A stretch of DNA of 61,925 nt, filler included, from Coriobacteriales bacterium (GTDB lineage Bacteria > Actinomycetota > Coriobacteriia > Coriobacteriales > UBA8131), in NCBI GenBank assembly GCA_031263105.1. It is 6 parts of 6 records of this genome, joined end to end, with 100 filler letters (N's around TTAATTAATTAA, not from the genome) between each part and the next. Parts side by side here need not be neighbours in the genome. Positions count along the whole stretch, not along the records: positions 1 to 4,293 come from JAISGJ010000201.1; positions 4,394 to 7,734 come from JAISGJ010000035.1; positions 7,835 to 33,070 come from JAISGJ010000055.1; 3 more parts are not named here. One strand, given 5' to 3'. Of this stretch, positions 1-11,737 are shown in pieces. Each line of letters opens with the position of its first letter. Positions within the stretch are counted from its first letter, which is position 1. The notes below the pieces were generated by a model. The model was given only the letters and a program-made list of their open reading frames with translations, had not been told where the DNA came from and ran no database searches. The position numbers and the translations under genes were made by a program.

Positions 1-372
1 CACTGTCATCCCGGTCCCCACTGTCGCCCCGACCCCCCACTGTCGCCCCGACCCCCCACTGCCACCCCGACCCCCCACTGTCATCCCGAGCCTGCCGAGG
101 GATCCTTGGGTCCGAGCGCCCGGAAATCGCACCGCGTTTTCAGCGAGGACGGGCCGACAGACCCACGGGACGCGAAGCAGCCGAGCGCGGGCCGAGGCGC
201 TTTCTGGCCGCAGTCGACCGCTTGCGCGGTCGAGGATCCCTCGGCAGGCTCGGGATGACAGTGGGGGGTCGGGGTGGCAGTGGGGGGTCGGGGCGACAGT
301 GGGGGGTCGGGGCGACAGTGGGGACCGGGATGACAGTGGGGGCCGGGATGACGGTGAGGGTGTGACGAGTAC
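1..372. mobile_element. Nested palindromic repeat element (REP/MITE-like), copy 1, core type A; left outer end truncated by window start
   Basis: 1..106 is the exact reverse complement of 233..338, including tandem CACTGTC(A/G)... subunits and the core arm CACTGTCATCCCGAGCCTGCCGAGGGATCC. A degenerate outer end GGGTGTGACGAGTAC finishes at ~372. Confidence 0.8.
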
Positions 373-468
373 CATGCAGTGGTTATATTTGGTACTTTAC
401 AAACTCCTTTAGCCTATAGTATGATGCTAGTATTAAATAATATTCCTCTACTCGAAAGGACTGAGAAC

Positions 469-1542
469 ATGAAACGATGCGTGCGCAATGTGCTCATGGC
501 CGTCGGCCTGAGCGCGGTGCTTCTTGTGTCGGGGCTCCCTGTGGGCGCCCAGGCAGCCGATGCGGTGGCAGTCCCACCCACGAGGGAGGGAGCCGTCGCG
601 ACCACCTCCCCAAGCTCTTCAAGGGGCGACCTGTCGACGATGGCGACCTCGCTCGGCATCTATGTGCTCTCGTTCGACTCCTGTGGAGGGGCCCAGTTCG
701 CACCACGGCTCGTGGTCAAGCATGTCAAACTGGGGCTCCTGCCCACTCCCGTGAAGACCGGTTACACCTTCCAGGGCTGGTACACGAGCGAGAGCGGCGG
801 CAGCAAGAAGACCGCCGCGTCCACCCTCACGAAATCCACCGTCCTGTACGCACACTGGAAGGGAAGGACGTACACGCTCAGCTTCGACCCCAACGGGGGG
901 ATCCTGAACGCGAGCAAGAGCAAGAAGGTCACCTACGGCAAGGCCGTAGGCAGGCCTCCGACCCCGAAAAGGGCCGGATACCACCTGACCGGATGGTATA
1001 CCGCAAGGTCGGGCGGCCTGAAATACGATGCAGGCACAGTCTACCAGCAGCTCAAAGACACGGTTCTGTACGCCCGCTGGACAGCGAACCGCTACACGCT
1101 CAGCTTCGACCCCAACGGGGGGACGGTCTCTGCCTCGGCAAAGGAGCTGACCTTCGGTGCGGCGGTCGGGAGCCTGCCGACCCCTGAGCGCGAGGGCTAC
1201 GGCTTCCAAGGCTGGTACACCACCAAGACCGGCGCGACGAGGATAGATGCCGGCACGAAGTACGGCTTCAGCAAGAACACCAAGGTCTATGCACGGTGGG
1301 CGGCGAACAAGTACACGCTCACCTTCGACCCCAACGGGGGGACGGTCTCTGTCCCGTCGAAGAAGGTGACCTTCAACGGGAAGATCGGGAACCTGCCGAC
1401 CCCCAAGTGCACAGGCCACAGCTTCCAAGGCTGGTACACCGGCAAGGTGAAGGGCACGAAGATAGGAACCACCGCGAAGTACCGGCACAGCAAGGACATC
1501 AGCGTCTACGCGCACTGGAAGAAGCTGGCGACGAAGAAGTAG
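469..1542 (+). CDS. Secreted InlB B-repeat (Listeria-Bacteroides repeat, Flg_new) protein, 4 repeats
   Basis: ATG at 469 after AAGGA; signal peptide (MKRCVRNVLMAVGLSAVLL..AQA); four repeats of YTLSFDPNGG...LPTP.R.GY.FQGWYT...YA.W. Confidence 0.85.
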   Translation: MKRCVRNVLMAVGLSAVLLVSGLPVGAQAADAVAVPPTREGAVATTSPSSSRGDLSTMATSLGIYVLSFDSCGGAQFAPRLVVKHVKLGLLPTPVKTGYTFQGWYTSESGGSKKTAASTLTKSTVLYAHWKGRTYTLSFDPNGGILNASKSKKVTYGKAVGRPPTPKRAGYHLTGWYTARSGGLKYDAGTVYQQLKDTVLYARWTANRYTLSFDPNGGTVSASAKELTFGAAVGSLPTPEREGYGFQGWYTTKTGATRIDAGTKYGFSKNTKVYARWAANKYTLTFDPNGGTVSVPSKKVTFNGKIGNLPTPKCTGHSFQGWYTGKVKGTKIGTTAKYRHSKDISVYAHWKKLATKK

Positions 1543-1543
1543 C

Positions 1544-3352
<1,809 letters not shown>

Positions 3353-3528
3353 GCTGTGCCTTTCAGTTCCTGATGGGTCGATGTACACGTTACTGCCGAC
3401 GAGACGCAGGCGGGCGGCGGGGGCGGGCCGCCGGTGGGCCGCCGGTTGCATGTGCGCCGCCGCCGCCAAGTTGCGTCCGCGCACCGCCGCCGCCAAGCCG
3501 CCCCGAAGCCGAGCCGCACGGGCCGCCG

Positions 3529-4146
3529 CTACAGTTCCTCAAGCTCCTGCTCGCACTTCCTGCGTCCACGCTCAAGCTCGGCAAGGTGGCCGTTGATGAC
3601 CTTGATGTTCGCCTGCGAGCTGAACAGTTGTATGACCCCCCACACAGCAGCGACGGGGGCGATGGCGAGCAGGGGCCGCAGAACGCGGCCGACGAGCGTC
3701 CCGACAACGCCGCCGACGGTGAGGTATATCCCCACGCGCCGCCGGTCGAGCTCGGTGTCGAGCTGCGCGGTCAGCTGCACCCGCGCCGCAGCAATGCCTG
3801 CGAGCCGCGCCCTGAGAGCGGACGCACGGTCGAAGCCGCCCCCGCCCGAGCCGCCGCCCGCCGCACCCGAACCCGCCGCGCCGCCCGCACGAGCGCTGCG
3901 CGCGGAACCCGGACGTGCGGAACCCGCGCCCCTGCTCCTGCGGCGCGACGCGCCCCTCCCCAACAATAGCTCCCGTGCCTCGTTGACGTGCTTGAACTGC
4001 TCGGTCGCACGCTCGGCAAGCCGCTTGTTGTCGACATACTTGTCGGGATGGAGTATCTGTGCCATCTCTTTGTAGGCGAGCCTGATGTCCTCCTCGGTGG
4101 CATCCTCATCAAGCCCAAGAAGCCGCAAGGCCTCGTCATACGTCAT
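3529..4146 (-). CDS. J-domain membrane protein
   Basis: N-terminal J domain with HPD motif (ILHPDK), G/A-rich linker, two hydrophobic segments and C-terminal coiled coil. Confidence 0.85.
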   Translation of the reverse strand: MTYDEALRLLGLDEDATEEDIRLAYKEMAQILHPDKYVDNKRLAERATEQFKHVNEARELLLGRGASRRRSRGAGSARPGSARSARAGGAAGSGAAGGGSGGGGFDRASALRARLAGIAAARVQLTAQLDTELDRRRVGIYLTVGGVVGTLVGRVLRPLLAIAPVAAVWGVIQLFSSQANIKVINGHLAELERGRRKCEQELEEL

Positions 4147-4238
4147 AGAATATGCTCCTGGATGGGATCCGTGCCTGCATGAACCATACTACCGCAACCA
4201 CGCCGACACGGATACCCACAAGGCGGTTTTCCCCTTTG

Positions 4239-4293
4239 GTTACTGTTCACGCCCTCACTGTCATTCCGAGCTTGCCGAGGAATCTTTGGGTCG
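4239..4293. mobile_element. Nested palindromic element, left end, truncated by contig break
   Basis: GTTACTGTTCACGCCCT-CACTGTCATTCCGAGCTTGCCGAGGAATCTTTGGGTCG; the end matches the 55883 copy in reverse. Confidence 0.8.
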
Positions 4294-4393
4294 NNNNNNN
4301 NNNNNNNNNNNNNNNNNNNNNNNNNNNNNNNNNNNNNTTAATTAATTAANNNNNNNNNNNNNNNNNNNNNNNNNNNNNNNNNNNNNNNNNNNN
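4294..4393. other. Artificial contig linker
   Basis: 100 nt of Ns around TTAATTAATTAA (stops in all frames); identical layout five times in the window. Confidence 0.98.
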
Positions 4394-4440
4394 TGCTCAA
4401 GGCCTCTTGCAGGCGCTCCGCTCAGAATGACAGTGGGGTT
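4394..4440. repeat. Fragment of a related REP-like repeat (CCCCACTGTCATTCTGAGCGGAGCG on minus strand)
   Basis: Shares CCCCACTGTCATT with the main family but continues differently; sits at a contig start. Confidence 0.5.
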
Positions 4441-4478
4441 CCACGCTGACAGCAAAAAAGGGACGGGGCCGATACCTC

Positions 4479-6785
4479 CTAGCGGCCTGTTTGGGGGCTG
4501 CGGCGGGCGGTCAGGCCGAGGCGCATGCTGTAGAGTATCACGAGGACGAGTACGCCGACGTCGGCGAAGATGGCCATCCACATCTGGGCGATGCCGAGGA
4601 CGGCGAGCACCATGACCGCTGCCTTGACGGCGAGCGCGAAGGCGATGTTGGTGTGGATGGTGGCGACGACCTTGCGCGCAAGGCGGAAGAACGCGGGCAG
4701 CACCTCGATGTTGCTTGCCATGAGCGCCACGTCGGCGACCTGGATGGCCGTGTCGCTGGAGGCGGCGCCCATCGCGATGCCCACGTCGGCGAGCGCGAGC
4801 GCCGGCGCGTCGTTGATGCCGTCGCCGACCATGGCGACCGTCCCGTACTCGCGCTTGAGGTCCTCGATGCACCCCATCTTCTCGCGGGGGAGCAGGCCGG
4901 CGAACACCTGGCCGATGCCCGCCTCGCGTGCGACGGCCTGGGCGGTTGCGGCGTTGTCGCCGGTGAGCATCACCGTGTGCATCCCCAGGGAGCCTTGGAG
5001 CCTTCCGAGCAGCGCAGCGCTCTCCGTGCGCACGACGTCCCTGACGGCGATAAGGCCGACGGGGACCGTGTCCGCAAGCACCACGAGGACGGTGGCGGCG
5101 GTGGCCTCGAGCGCGGCGACGCGCTCGCGGGCCTCGGGGAAGTGCCGATCGAGTGCCTGTGCGCCAGACGGCGAGCCGATCAGTGCCTCTCTGGGGGCGG
5201 GGCCCGCAAGACCGAACGCGTAGGAGGGGCTGCCGACGGTGACGGCGACGCCCCCGACCACGCCGCTGATCCCCTGCCCTGCCACCTCGGCGACCTGCTC
5301 GGCCTGCGGGACGGACGCCTTGTCCTGCACGGCGGCGACGACGGCGCGGGCAAGCGGATGGGCTGAGTCCTGTTCGAGGGCCGCAGCGAGGGCGAGGACG
5401 GCCTCGGGGGAGGCAGGGGCGGGGGCGGCGGGGCGGGGCGGCGGCGGGGCGGCGGCGGGGGCGGCGGCGGCCGCAACCAGGGCGACAGGCGCGCCCAAGG
5501 AGGCGCCCGACGCCTTGGAGCCGCCCGTCGCCGGGGCGTCCGCCGCCGGGGCGGCGGACGCCCCGAGCAGCTCGACCCCGACGACCTCCGGCCTGCCGTA
5601 GGTGAGCGTCCCGGTTTTGTCGAAGGCTATGGCACGGACCTTCGACCCCAGCTCGAGGAAGGCGCCGCCCTTCACCAGCACGCCCATGCGGGCCGCGCGC
5701 GAAAGGCCGGTGACGACGCTGACCGGCGTGGCGATGACGAGCGCACAGGGGCAGGCGATGACGAGCAGGGCGAGGGCACGGTAGCCCCACGTCCCTATCC
5801 CTCCCAGATCGAGCGGGGTCAACAGGCTTATCGTCGTCGGCACGAGGGCGACGAGGGCCGCGATGGCGACGACGAGCGGCGTGTAGTACTTCGCGAAGCG
5901 GTTTATGAAGCGCTCGTAGGGCGTGCGCTTGCCCTGCGACTCCTCGACGAGGGCGACGATGCGCGCCAGCGTGGAGTCCGCCACGGTCGCCGTCGTGGCG
6001 AACTCGAGCTTCCCGTCGACGGAGAGCGAGCCGGCGTAGACGGCGTCGCCCTCCTGCTTCAGCACGGGGACCGACTCGCCCGTTATCGGGGACTCGTCGA
6101 CGGACGCGCCGCCCGAGACGACGGTGCCGTCCAAGGGGATGCGGTCGCCCGCACGGATGGCCACGATGGAGCCGAGCGGAACGGCCTCGGGGGCGAGCTC
6201 GAGCGTCTCCCCTCCCCGTCTGACGCGCACGACCTGCGGCGTGAGATCCATGAGCCGCTCGATGGAGGAGCGGTTGCGCTCGATGGCGAAGTCCTCGAGC
6301 CACTCGCCGACACAGAAGAACAGCACGACGGCCGCAGCCTCGACGAAGTCGCCGAGCAGCCAGGCTCCGACGACGGCGATGGCCATGAGGATGTTGATGT
6401 CGATGGAGCGCCTGACGACGGCGCCTCGGACCGCCGGCGCGATGATGACAAGGCCGACGACGGAGCCGAGGACGGCAAGCACGGTCGTGAGCGGGGTCAG
6501 GAAGGGCCCTGCGGCACCGCCGATATGCAGGGCGGCGCTTGCGAGGGTCGGCACCGCGCAGGCGACGAGCATGAGGAGCGCCCGACGCCTGGAGCCGTCG
6601 TCCTCGGGAGCGTCCGCCGACGCGCAACAGGCGCAGGGGGCGCCGTCGTCCTCGTCGGATGCGGCGGGCGCGGGGGCGGCAGGGCCGGGCGCAGCAGGGC
6701 CGGGGGCGGCAGGCGCGGCGGGATGCCCGGGATGGGCCTGCTCGTGGCAGCAGGCGCAGCAGGCGCCGCCCTGTTCGGCCGCCAT
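4479..6785 (-). CDS. cadA: Heavy-metal translocating P1B-type ATPase (CadA/ZntA-like)
   Basis: TGES, CPC, DKTGT, HP, MLTGDN, GDGINDAPALA, FADVG; Cys/His-rich N-terminus (CCACCHE, CACC). Confidence 0.93.
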   Translation of the reverse strand: MAAEQGGACCACCHEQAHPGHPAAPAAPGPAAPGPAAPAPAASDEDDGAPCACCASADAPEDDGSRRRALLMLVACAVPTLASAALHIGGAAGPFLTPLTTVLAVLGSVVGLVIIAPAVRGAVVRRSIDINILMAIAVVGAWLLGDFVEAAAVVLFFCVGEWLEDFAIERNRSSIERLMDLTPQVVRVRRGGETLELAPEAVPLGSIVAIRAGDRIPLDGTVVSGGASVDESPITGESVPVLKQEGDAVYAGSLSVDGKLEFATTATVADSTLARIVALVEESQGKRTPYERFINRFAKYYTPLVVAIAALVALVPTTISLLTPLDLGGIGTWGYRALALLVIACPCALVIATPVSVVTGLSRAARMGVLVKGGAFLELGSKVRAIAFDKTGTLTYGRPEVVGVELLGASAAPAADAPATGGSKASGASLGAPVALVAAAAAPAAAPPPPRPAAPAPASPEAVLALAAALEQDSAHPLARAVVAAVQDKASVPQAEQVAEVAGQGISGVVGGVAVTVGSPSYAFGLAGPAPREALIGSPSGAQALDRHFPEARERVAALEATAATVLVVLADTVPVGLIAVRDVVRTESAALLGRLQGSLGMHTVMLTGDNAATAQAVAREAGIGQVFAGLLPREKMGCIEDLKREYGTVAMVGDGINDAPALALADVGIAMGAASSDTAIQVADVALMASNIEVLPAFFRLARKVVATIHTNIAFALAVKAAVMVLAVLGIAQMWMAIFADVGVLVLVILYSMRLGLTARRSPQTGR

Positions 6786-6786
6786 C

Positions 6787-7290
6787 TCACACCTCCCGCT
6801 CTGCGGCGTGCTCAAGGCCGATGAGGATGAGCGAGCGCACGTGGTCGTCCGAGAAGCGGTAGACGACCCGCTGGCCGTCGCGGCGGGAGCTCACGAGGTC
6901 GCGGTCGCGCAGCAGGCGCAGCTGGTGGCTGACCGCCGACTGCGAGACCTCGCATATCTCGACCAGCTCATGCACGCACAGCTCCCCCGCCGACAGCGAG
7001 CTGAGTATCTTGAAGCGCGTCGAGTCCGCCAAGGCGGCGAATATCTCCGTCGCACGGTAGATGAGCGTGTCGCTCGGGATGGCGCCGCCCTCCCCGTACA
7101 GGGACTCGCTGTTGCGGATGACCGCGCCGCAGCAGCTCTCGTCGTACTCGCAGCCCCCTCTGGTGCCCTGATGCCCCCGATGCCCCTGTGCGGGCCGCAG
7201 GGGCTTCCGCCCCGACACAGGGTTCCTGCCCTGCTTCCTCAGCTCTGCCCCGGCCTTGCCCGCCTCTGTCGTCTTGTCGGCTTTCGTCAT
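6787..7290 (-). CDS. ArsR/SmtB metalloregulatory repressor
   Basis: IFAALADSTRFKIL..ELCVHEL..VSQSAVSHQLRLLR..YRFSDDHV..EH; start uncertain (basic N-terminal extension). Confidence 0.9.
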   Translation of the reverse strand: MTKADKTTEAGKAGAELRKQGRNPVSGRKPLRPAQGHRGHQGTRGGCEYDESCCGAVIRNSESLYGEGGAIPSDTLIYRATEIFAALADSTRFKILSSLSAGELCVHELVEICEVSQSAVSHQLRLLRDRDLVSSRRDGQRVVYRFSDDHVRSLILIGLEHAAEREV

Positions 7291-7399
7291 CGTGCCCGCT
7301 CCTCTCGCCGTCGTCCTTGCCTGGGGAAGCACCGGTTACGCGCTTGGCGCTTCCCTGGGCCGCCCCTGTGGAACCTGTCGGCCCCTCGCAGCGCGGCCT

Positions 7400-7463
7400 T
7401 TATAATGAATATATGAACATCTGCTCATATGTGCATTATAAGGGCACTCGGACAGGATTGCAA
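7400..7463 (-). promoter_or_regulatory. Sigma70-type promoter and ArsR/SmtB-type operator for arsR-cadA
   Basis: Minus strand TTGCAA (7463-7458)-17 nt-TATAAT (7440-7435). Imperfect palindrome ATATGAACA-TC-TGCTCATAT (7411-7430) inside a longer inverted repeat, similar to SmtB/CzrA 12-2-12 operators. Confidence 0.8.
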
Positions 7464-7504
7464 GCGTTTGTTTTCCAGAAGCCGTGCCGGAGTCCTCCCT
7501 CCGT

Positions 7505-7734
7505 GTTACAGACTCACGCCCCCGCTGCCATCACTGCCCCGCTGCCATCACTGCCCCGCTGCCGCCCCCCGCCGCCGCTGCCGCTGCCGCCCCGGCCACT
7601 GTCAACCCGGCCCCCACTGTCATCCCGAGCCCCCACTGTCATCCCGAGCCTGCCGAGGGATCCTCGACTGCGAAGCAGGCGACTGCGGCCGGAAGGCGCC
7701 TCGACCTGCGATCGGCCGCTGGCGCGGCCGAAGA
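7505..7734. mobile_element. Nested palindromic element, core type B, truncated by contig end
   Basis: GTTACAGACTCACGCCC outer end, degenerate tandem CCGCTGCC units, then CACTGTCATCCCGAGCCTGCCGAGGGATCC and core. Confidence 0.78.
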
Positions 7735-7834
7735 NNNNNNNNNNNNNNNNNNNNNNNNNNNNNNNNNNNNNNNNNNNNTTAATTAATTAANNNNNNNNNN
7801 NNNNNNNNNNNNNNNNNNNNNNNNNNNNNNNNNN
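7735..7834. other. Artificial contig linker
   Basis: N/TTAATTAATTAA/N, 100 nt. Confidence 0.98.
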
Positions 7835-8274
<440 letters not shown>

Positions 8275-8376
8275 CCCCCCCCGACCCACCGCGCCGCCAT
8301 TGATCATCGTCTCCCTAGGGATTCGGGTGGAGCCGACGAGGCTCGAGGGAGCCGTTCGCTGTTCAGGGGGAGCCCC

Positions 8377-10392
8377 TCAGCGCAGCACGAAGACGAGGCG
8401 GGAACGGGGGCGGTCGACGGAGAGGAGGACGACCTCGACGGGCTGCCCCAGACGCACGGCACGTCCGTTGACGGGGTCGCGGTAGCGCTGGTGCGCCATG
8501 TCGAGCTCGAGTCCTGCAGGGAGGGCGTCCCTCTCGATGAGGCCCTCGGCGGTCGTCGTCTCCTCGCGCACCGTGACGCCCGCTGCGCCCACCGCCACCA
8601 CGACGCCCCTGAAGCGCTCCCCTGTGCGGGGCCCCAGGTACTCGCAGAGCTTGCAGGCCGTCGCCTCGCGGGAGGCCTGCTCCGCGTCTCGCTCCCTCTC
8701 CGAGGAGTACCTGCATATCCAGTCGAGCTGCGCCGCCATGTCCGCCGAAGGAGGCCTCCCGGCGAGCCGGCATTTGAGCAGGCGGTGCGCCATGAGGTCG
8801 GGATAGCGCCGGATGGGCGAGGTGAAGTGCGTATAGGCCGTCGAGGCAAGGCCGAAATGCTCCGTGAAGGCAGGGGCGTACCTCGCCCGCTTCATGGCAC
8901 GCAGGAGCAGGGAGCTGACGAGGTGATGCTCGGGCCTGCCTGCGCTCGCCTCGAGTATCTCCTGTACCTGACGGGAGGTCTGCGGTGCGCCGCCCTGCGC
9001 ATAGCCGAACTCCCTCAGCGTCGGCACGAGCGCCTCGAGCGCCGAGGCATAGGGCTCCTCGTGGACGCGGTAGAGCATAGGGGCCCGGCCGCGGAGCATG
9101 AAGGCGGCCACCTCCTCGTTCGCCCGTATCATGCACTCCTCGACGAGCGAGGTCGCCGCCGTCTTGGTACGGAGGCGCACCCCGAGGGGCACGCCCTCCC
9201 CGTCGAGGGCAAGCTTCGCCTCCACGCCCTCGAAGCCTATGGCGCCCCGTTGGAGGCGGCGCCGCTCGAAGGCCTCCGCGAGCCGATGGAGCGCATGCAG
9301 CCTCCTGCCCAGGGCGTCCCCCTCGGCGGGCTCCTCCCCAAGCATCCTTTGCGCCTCGTCGTAGGTGAGGCGCACCGCCGAGCGGACGAGCGAGGGATAG
9401 AAGCGGGTCCCCGTCACGTTCCCCTCCCCGTCCACGGCCATGTCCACCGTGAAGGCGCGCCGGTCGGTGCCGGGGGCCAGGGAGCAGAGCCCCTCCGAGA
9501 GCGGCAGCGGGAGCATGGGGATGACGCGGTCGGGCAGGTAGACGCTCGTCGAGCGCCTGCGCGCGTCAAGGTCGAGGGCGCTGTCCCACGCGACATAGGA
9601 GCTCACGTCCGCGATGTGCACGCCGAGGCGCAGCTGCCCGTCGGCGACGTCGAGCGAGAGCGCGTCGTCGAAGTCCTTGGCGTCCTCGGGGTCGATGGTG
9701 AAGACGAGGCGCCCGCGCAGGTCGTGGCGCGGAAGTGGGGGTGGGTCCTCGAAGGACGCAAGCCCCTCGGCCTCCTCGAGCGCAGCGGCCGAGAAGCCCC
9801 GCTCGAAGCCGTACCGGTGGATGACGGCCTCGATCGCCGCGCCCCCGTCGTCCTCCTTGCCGAGCACCTCCTCGATGACCCCCTGGGCGGCCTCGAGGCG
9901 TGTGGGGTAGACCGTGATGCGCACGACGACGACGTCGCCGTCCTCGGCCCGGGCGACGGGGCCGTCCGGGGCGGGCACGCGACGGTCGACGAACAGGTCG
10001 TAGGGGACACGCTCGTCGAGGGGGCGCACGACCGCAAGGCCGTCCGCGCAGCGCAAGGTGCCGACAAGGGTCGTGTGCGCACGCCTCGTGACGCGCTGCA
10101 CGCTCCCGAGCATCTCGCGCCTCTCCCCGCCGTCTGCCCCGGCGCCCTGTCCGCCCTGCCCCTGTGGCGCGGCACCGGCGCGGCGGCGCTGCGTGCGCCT
10201 GCGCGCCTCGAGGGCGCGCAGGCGTGCCACCTCGACGGTGTCGCCGTCCATGGCGCCGCGCAGGTGCCTGCGCAGGACGAGGAACTCGCCTTCCGGGGTA
10301 TCGACGAACCCGTGGCCCTTGCGCGCCACCCGAATGACGCCTGTGCTCGTCTCCGTGCGCCGACGCCTGCCCTTGCGGTTGCGGCGGGACAT
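8377..10392 (-). CDS. rnr: Ribonuclease R
   Basis: FTIDPEDAKDFDDALS, VHIADVS, YTHFTSPIRRYPDL, N-terminal cold-shock domains, C-terminal S1. Confidence 0.95.
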   Translation of the reverse strand: MSRRNRKGRRRRTETSTGVIRVARKGHGFVDTPEGEFLVLRRHLRGAMDGDTVEVARLRALEARRRTQRRRAGAAPQGQGGQGAGADGGERREMLGSVQRVTRRAHTTLVGTLRCADGLAVVRPLDERVPYDLFVDRRVPAPDGPVARAEDGDVVVVRITVYPTRLEAAQGVIEEVLGKEDDGGAAIEAVIHRYGFERGFSAAALEEAEGLASFEDPPPLPRHDLRGRLVFTIDPEDAKDFDDALSLDVADGQLRLGVHIADVSSYVAWDSALDLDARRRSTSVYLPDRVIPMLPLPLSEGLCSLAPGTDRRAFTVDMAVDGEGNVTGTRFYPSLVRSAVRLTYDEAQRMLGEEPAEGDALGRRLHALHRLAEAFERRRLQRGAIGFEGVEAKLALDGEGVPLGVRLRTKTAATSLVEECMIRANEEVAAFMLRGRAPMLYRVHEEPYASALEALVPTLREFGYAQGGAPQTSRQVQEILEASAGRPEHHLVSSLLLRAMKRARYAPAFTEHFGLASTAYTHFTSPIRRYPDLMAHRLLKCRLAGRPPSADMAAQLDWICRYSSERERDAEQASREATACKLCEYLGPRTGERFRGVVVAVGAAGVTVREETTTAEGLIERDALPAGLELDMAHQRYRDPVNGRAVRLGQPVEVVLLSVDRPRSRLVFVLR

Positions 10393-10407
10393 CCCCGAAG
10401 GCCCTGC

Positions 10408-11733
10408 CTATCCTTCGCCCGAAGGCGCGCCCAAAGCCGCAAGCGCCGCGTCGAGCTGCACGTCGACGCCCTCCCTGTACCGATAGTCGGCACCGGCGAT
10501 GTTGTCGCCGAGCTCGATGCTCCCCGGCCCGGCAGATGCCGGCACGGGCAGGTCGGGCTCGACCCCGATGCCGTCGAGGGGCGTCCCGTGGGGGCTTTTG
10601 TAGTGGGCTATCGTATATTTGAGCGCACCTCCCCAGCTGAGCTTGCGTATGTGCTGCACGGTGCCCTTCCCATACGTGCTCTCGCCGACGATGGTCGCGC
10701 GCCCATGGTCCCTGAGCGCCGCCGCCACCAGCTCGGACGCAGAGGCGGAGCCTTGGTTGACGAGCAGGACGAGGGGCTTGTCGGTGACCGCGTTGCCGTC
10801 GACCTCCTCGACGGCGGTCCCGGCACGGTCCTCTATCTGGACGACCGCGCCTTCGGAGACGAACAACGAGGTCACCTCTATCGCCTGTTCGAGATAGCCG
10901 CCGGGGTTGCCCCGCAGGTCCAGGAGGTACGAGCGTGCCCCCTCGTCGCCGAGCGCACGGAGGGCGGCCGCCAGCTCCGAGGCGCTCTGGGCGTTGAAGC
11001 GGCGCAGATGGATGTACCCGACGGCCCGGCCCTCGTGCTCGATGAGGTGCGAGACGACGGTGGGGACGTTCACCTCGCCCAAGACAAGGACGCTCTCGCG
11101 TTCCTCGCCGTCCCTGCTCCAGAGGATGCCGACCTCCTCGCCAAGGGGACGGGAGATGGCCTCCGTCGCCTCCCTCAGCTCCCAGTCCCGACGGTCCCCG
11201 TCGATGGCCAGAAGGAGGTCGCCCGCCAGCACGCCGGCATCGGCCGCAGGGGAGCCCTCGTAGACCTGCAGCACCATAAGGCCCTCGTCGGTCGACGTGA
11301 GCACGATGCCGATGCCCGAGTACTCCCCTTTGGATACGTGGAGGTAGGCCTCGTACTCCTCGGGCGTGTAGTAGTGCGCATAGCCGTCGTCGCCCGTCTC
11401 GATGAGGGCCCTGATGGCCTCGGTCGTCGCGGTGTCGAGGTCGCCCTGGGTGTAGCGGTAGAGCGCATCGGAGTCAAGGAGGTCGGCGGCCTCCTTGAGG
11501 CGCTCGCCCAACTGTGCGGCCACGACCTCGTCGTCGGCAGAGGGCGCGCTTGCGACCCGTGCCTTTTCGCCGAGGCCGACGATGCGCGCCGCGTCAAGGC
11601 CGCCGAGCGAGGAGGAGAGGTTGCCCGCGAGAAAGACGATGCCGACGGCGAGGGCGGCCAGAAGGGCGCGGCCCAGTCCCTTTGCCAGCCTCGTCCCATG
11701 CCGCCGGACGTCCTGGCCGCTGGGCTCGTCCAC
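10408..11733 (-). CDS. ctpA: C-terminal processing peptidase, S41A family with PDZ domain
   Basis: GIGI PDZ, LDLRGNPGG, SASASE, TYGKGTVQ, GIGVEPD. Confidence 0.92.
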   Translation of the reverse strand: MDEPSGQDVRRHGTRLAKGLGRALLAALAVGIVFLAGNLSSSLGGLDAARIVGLGEKARVASAPSADDEVVAAQLGERLKEAADLLDSDALYRYTQGDLDTATTEAIRALIETGDDGYAHYYTPEEYEAYLHVSKGEYSGIGIVLTSTDEGLMVLQVYEGSPAADAGVLAGDLLLAIDGDRRDWELREATEAISRPLGEEVGILWSRDGEERESVLVLGEVNVPTVVSHLIEHEGRAVGYIHLRRFNAQSASELAAALRALGDEGARSYLLDLRGNPGGYLEQAIEVTSLFVSEGAVVQIEDRAGTAVEEVDGNAVTDKPLVLLVNQGSASASELVAAALRDHGRATIVGESTYGKGTVQHIRKLSWGGALKYTIAHYKSPHGTPLDGIGVEPDLPVPASAGPGSIELGDNIAGADYRYREGVDVQLDAALAALGAPSGEG

Positions 11734-11737
11734 CCTC

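Noticed and set aside
4294..4393. TTAATTAATTAA palindrome within N runs (five times)
   Set aside because: Artificial contig spacer; gene adjacency across it is meaningless.
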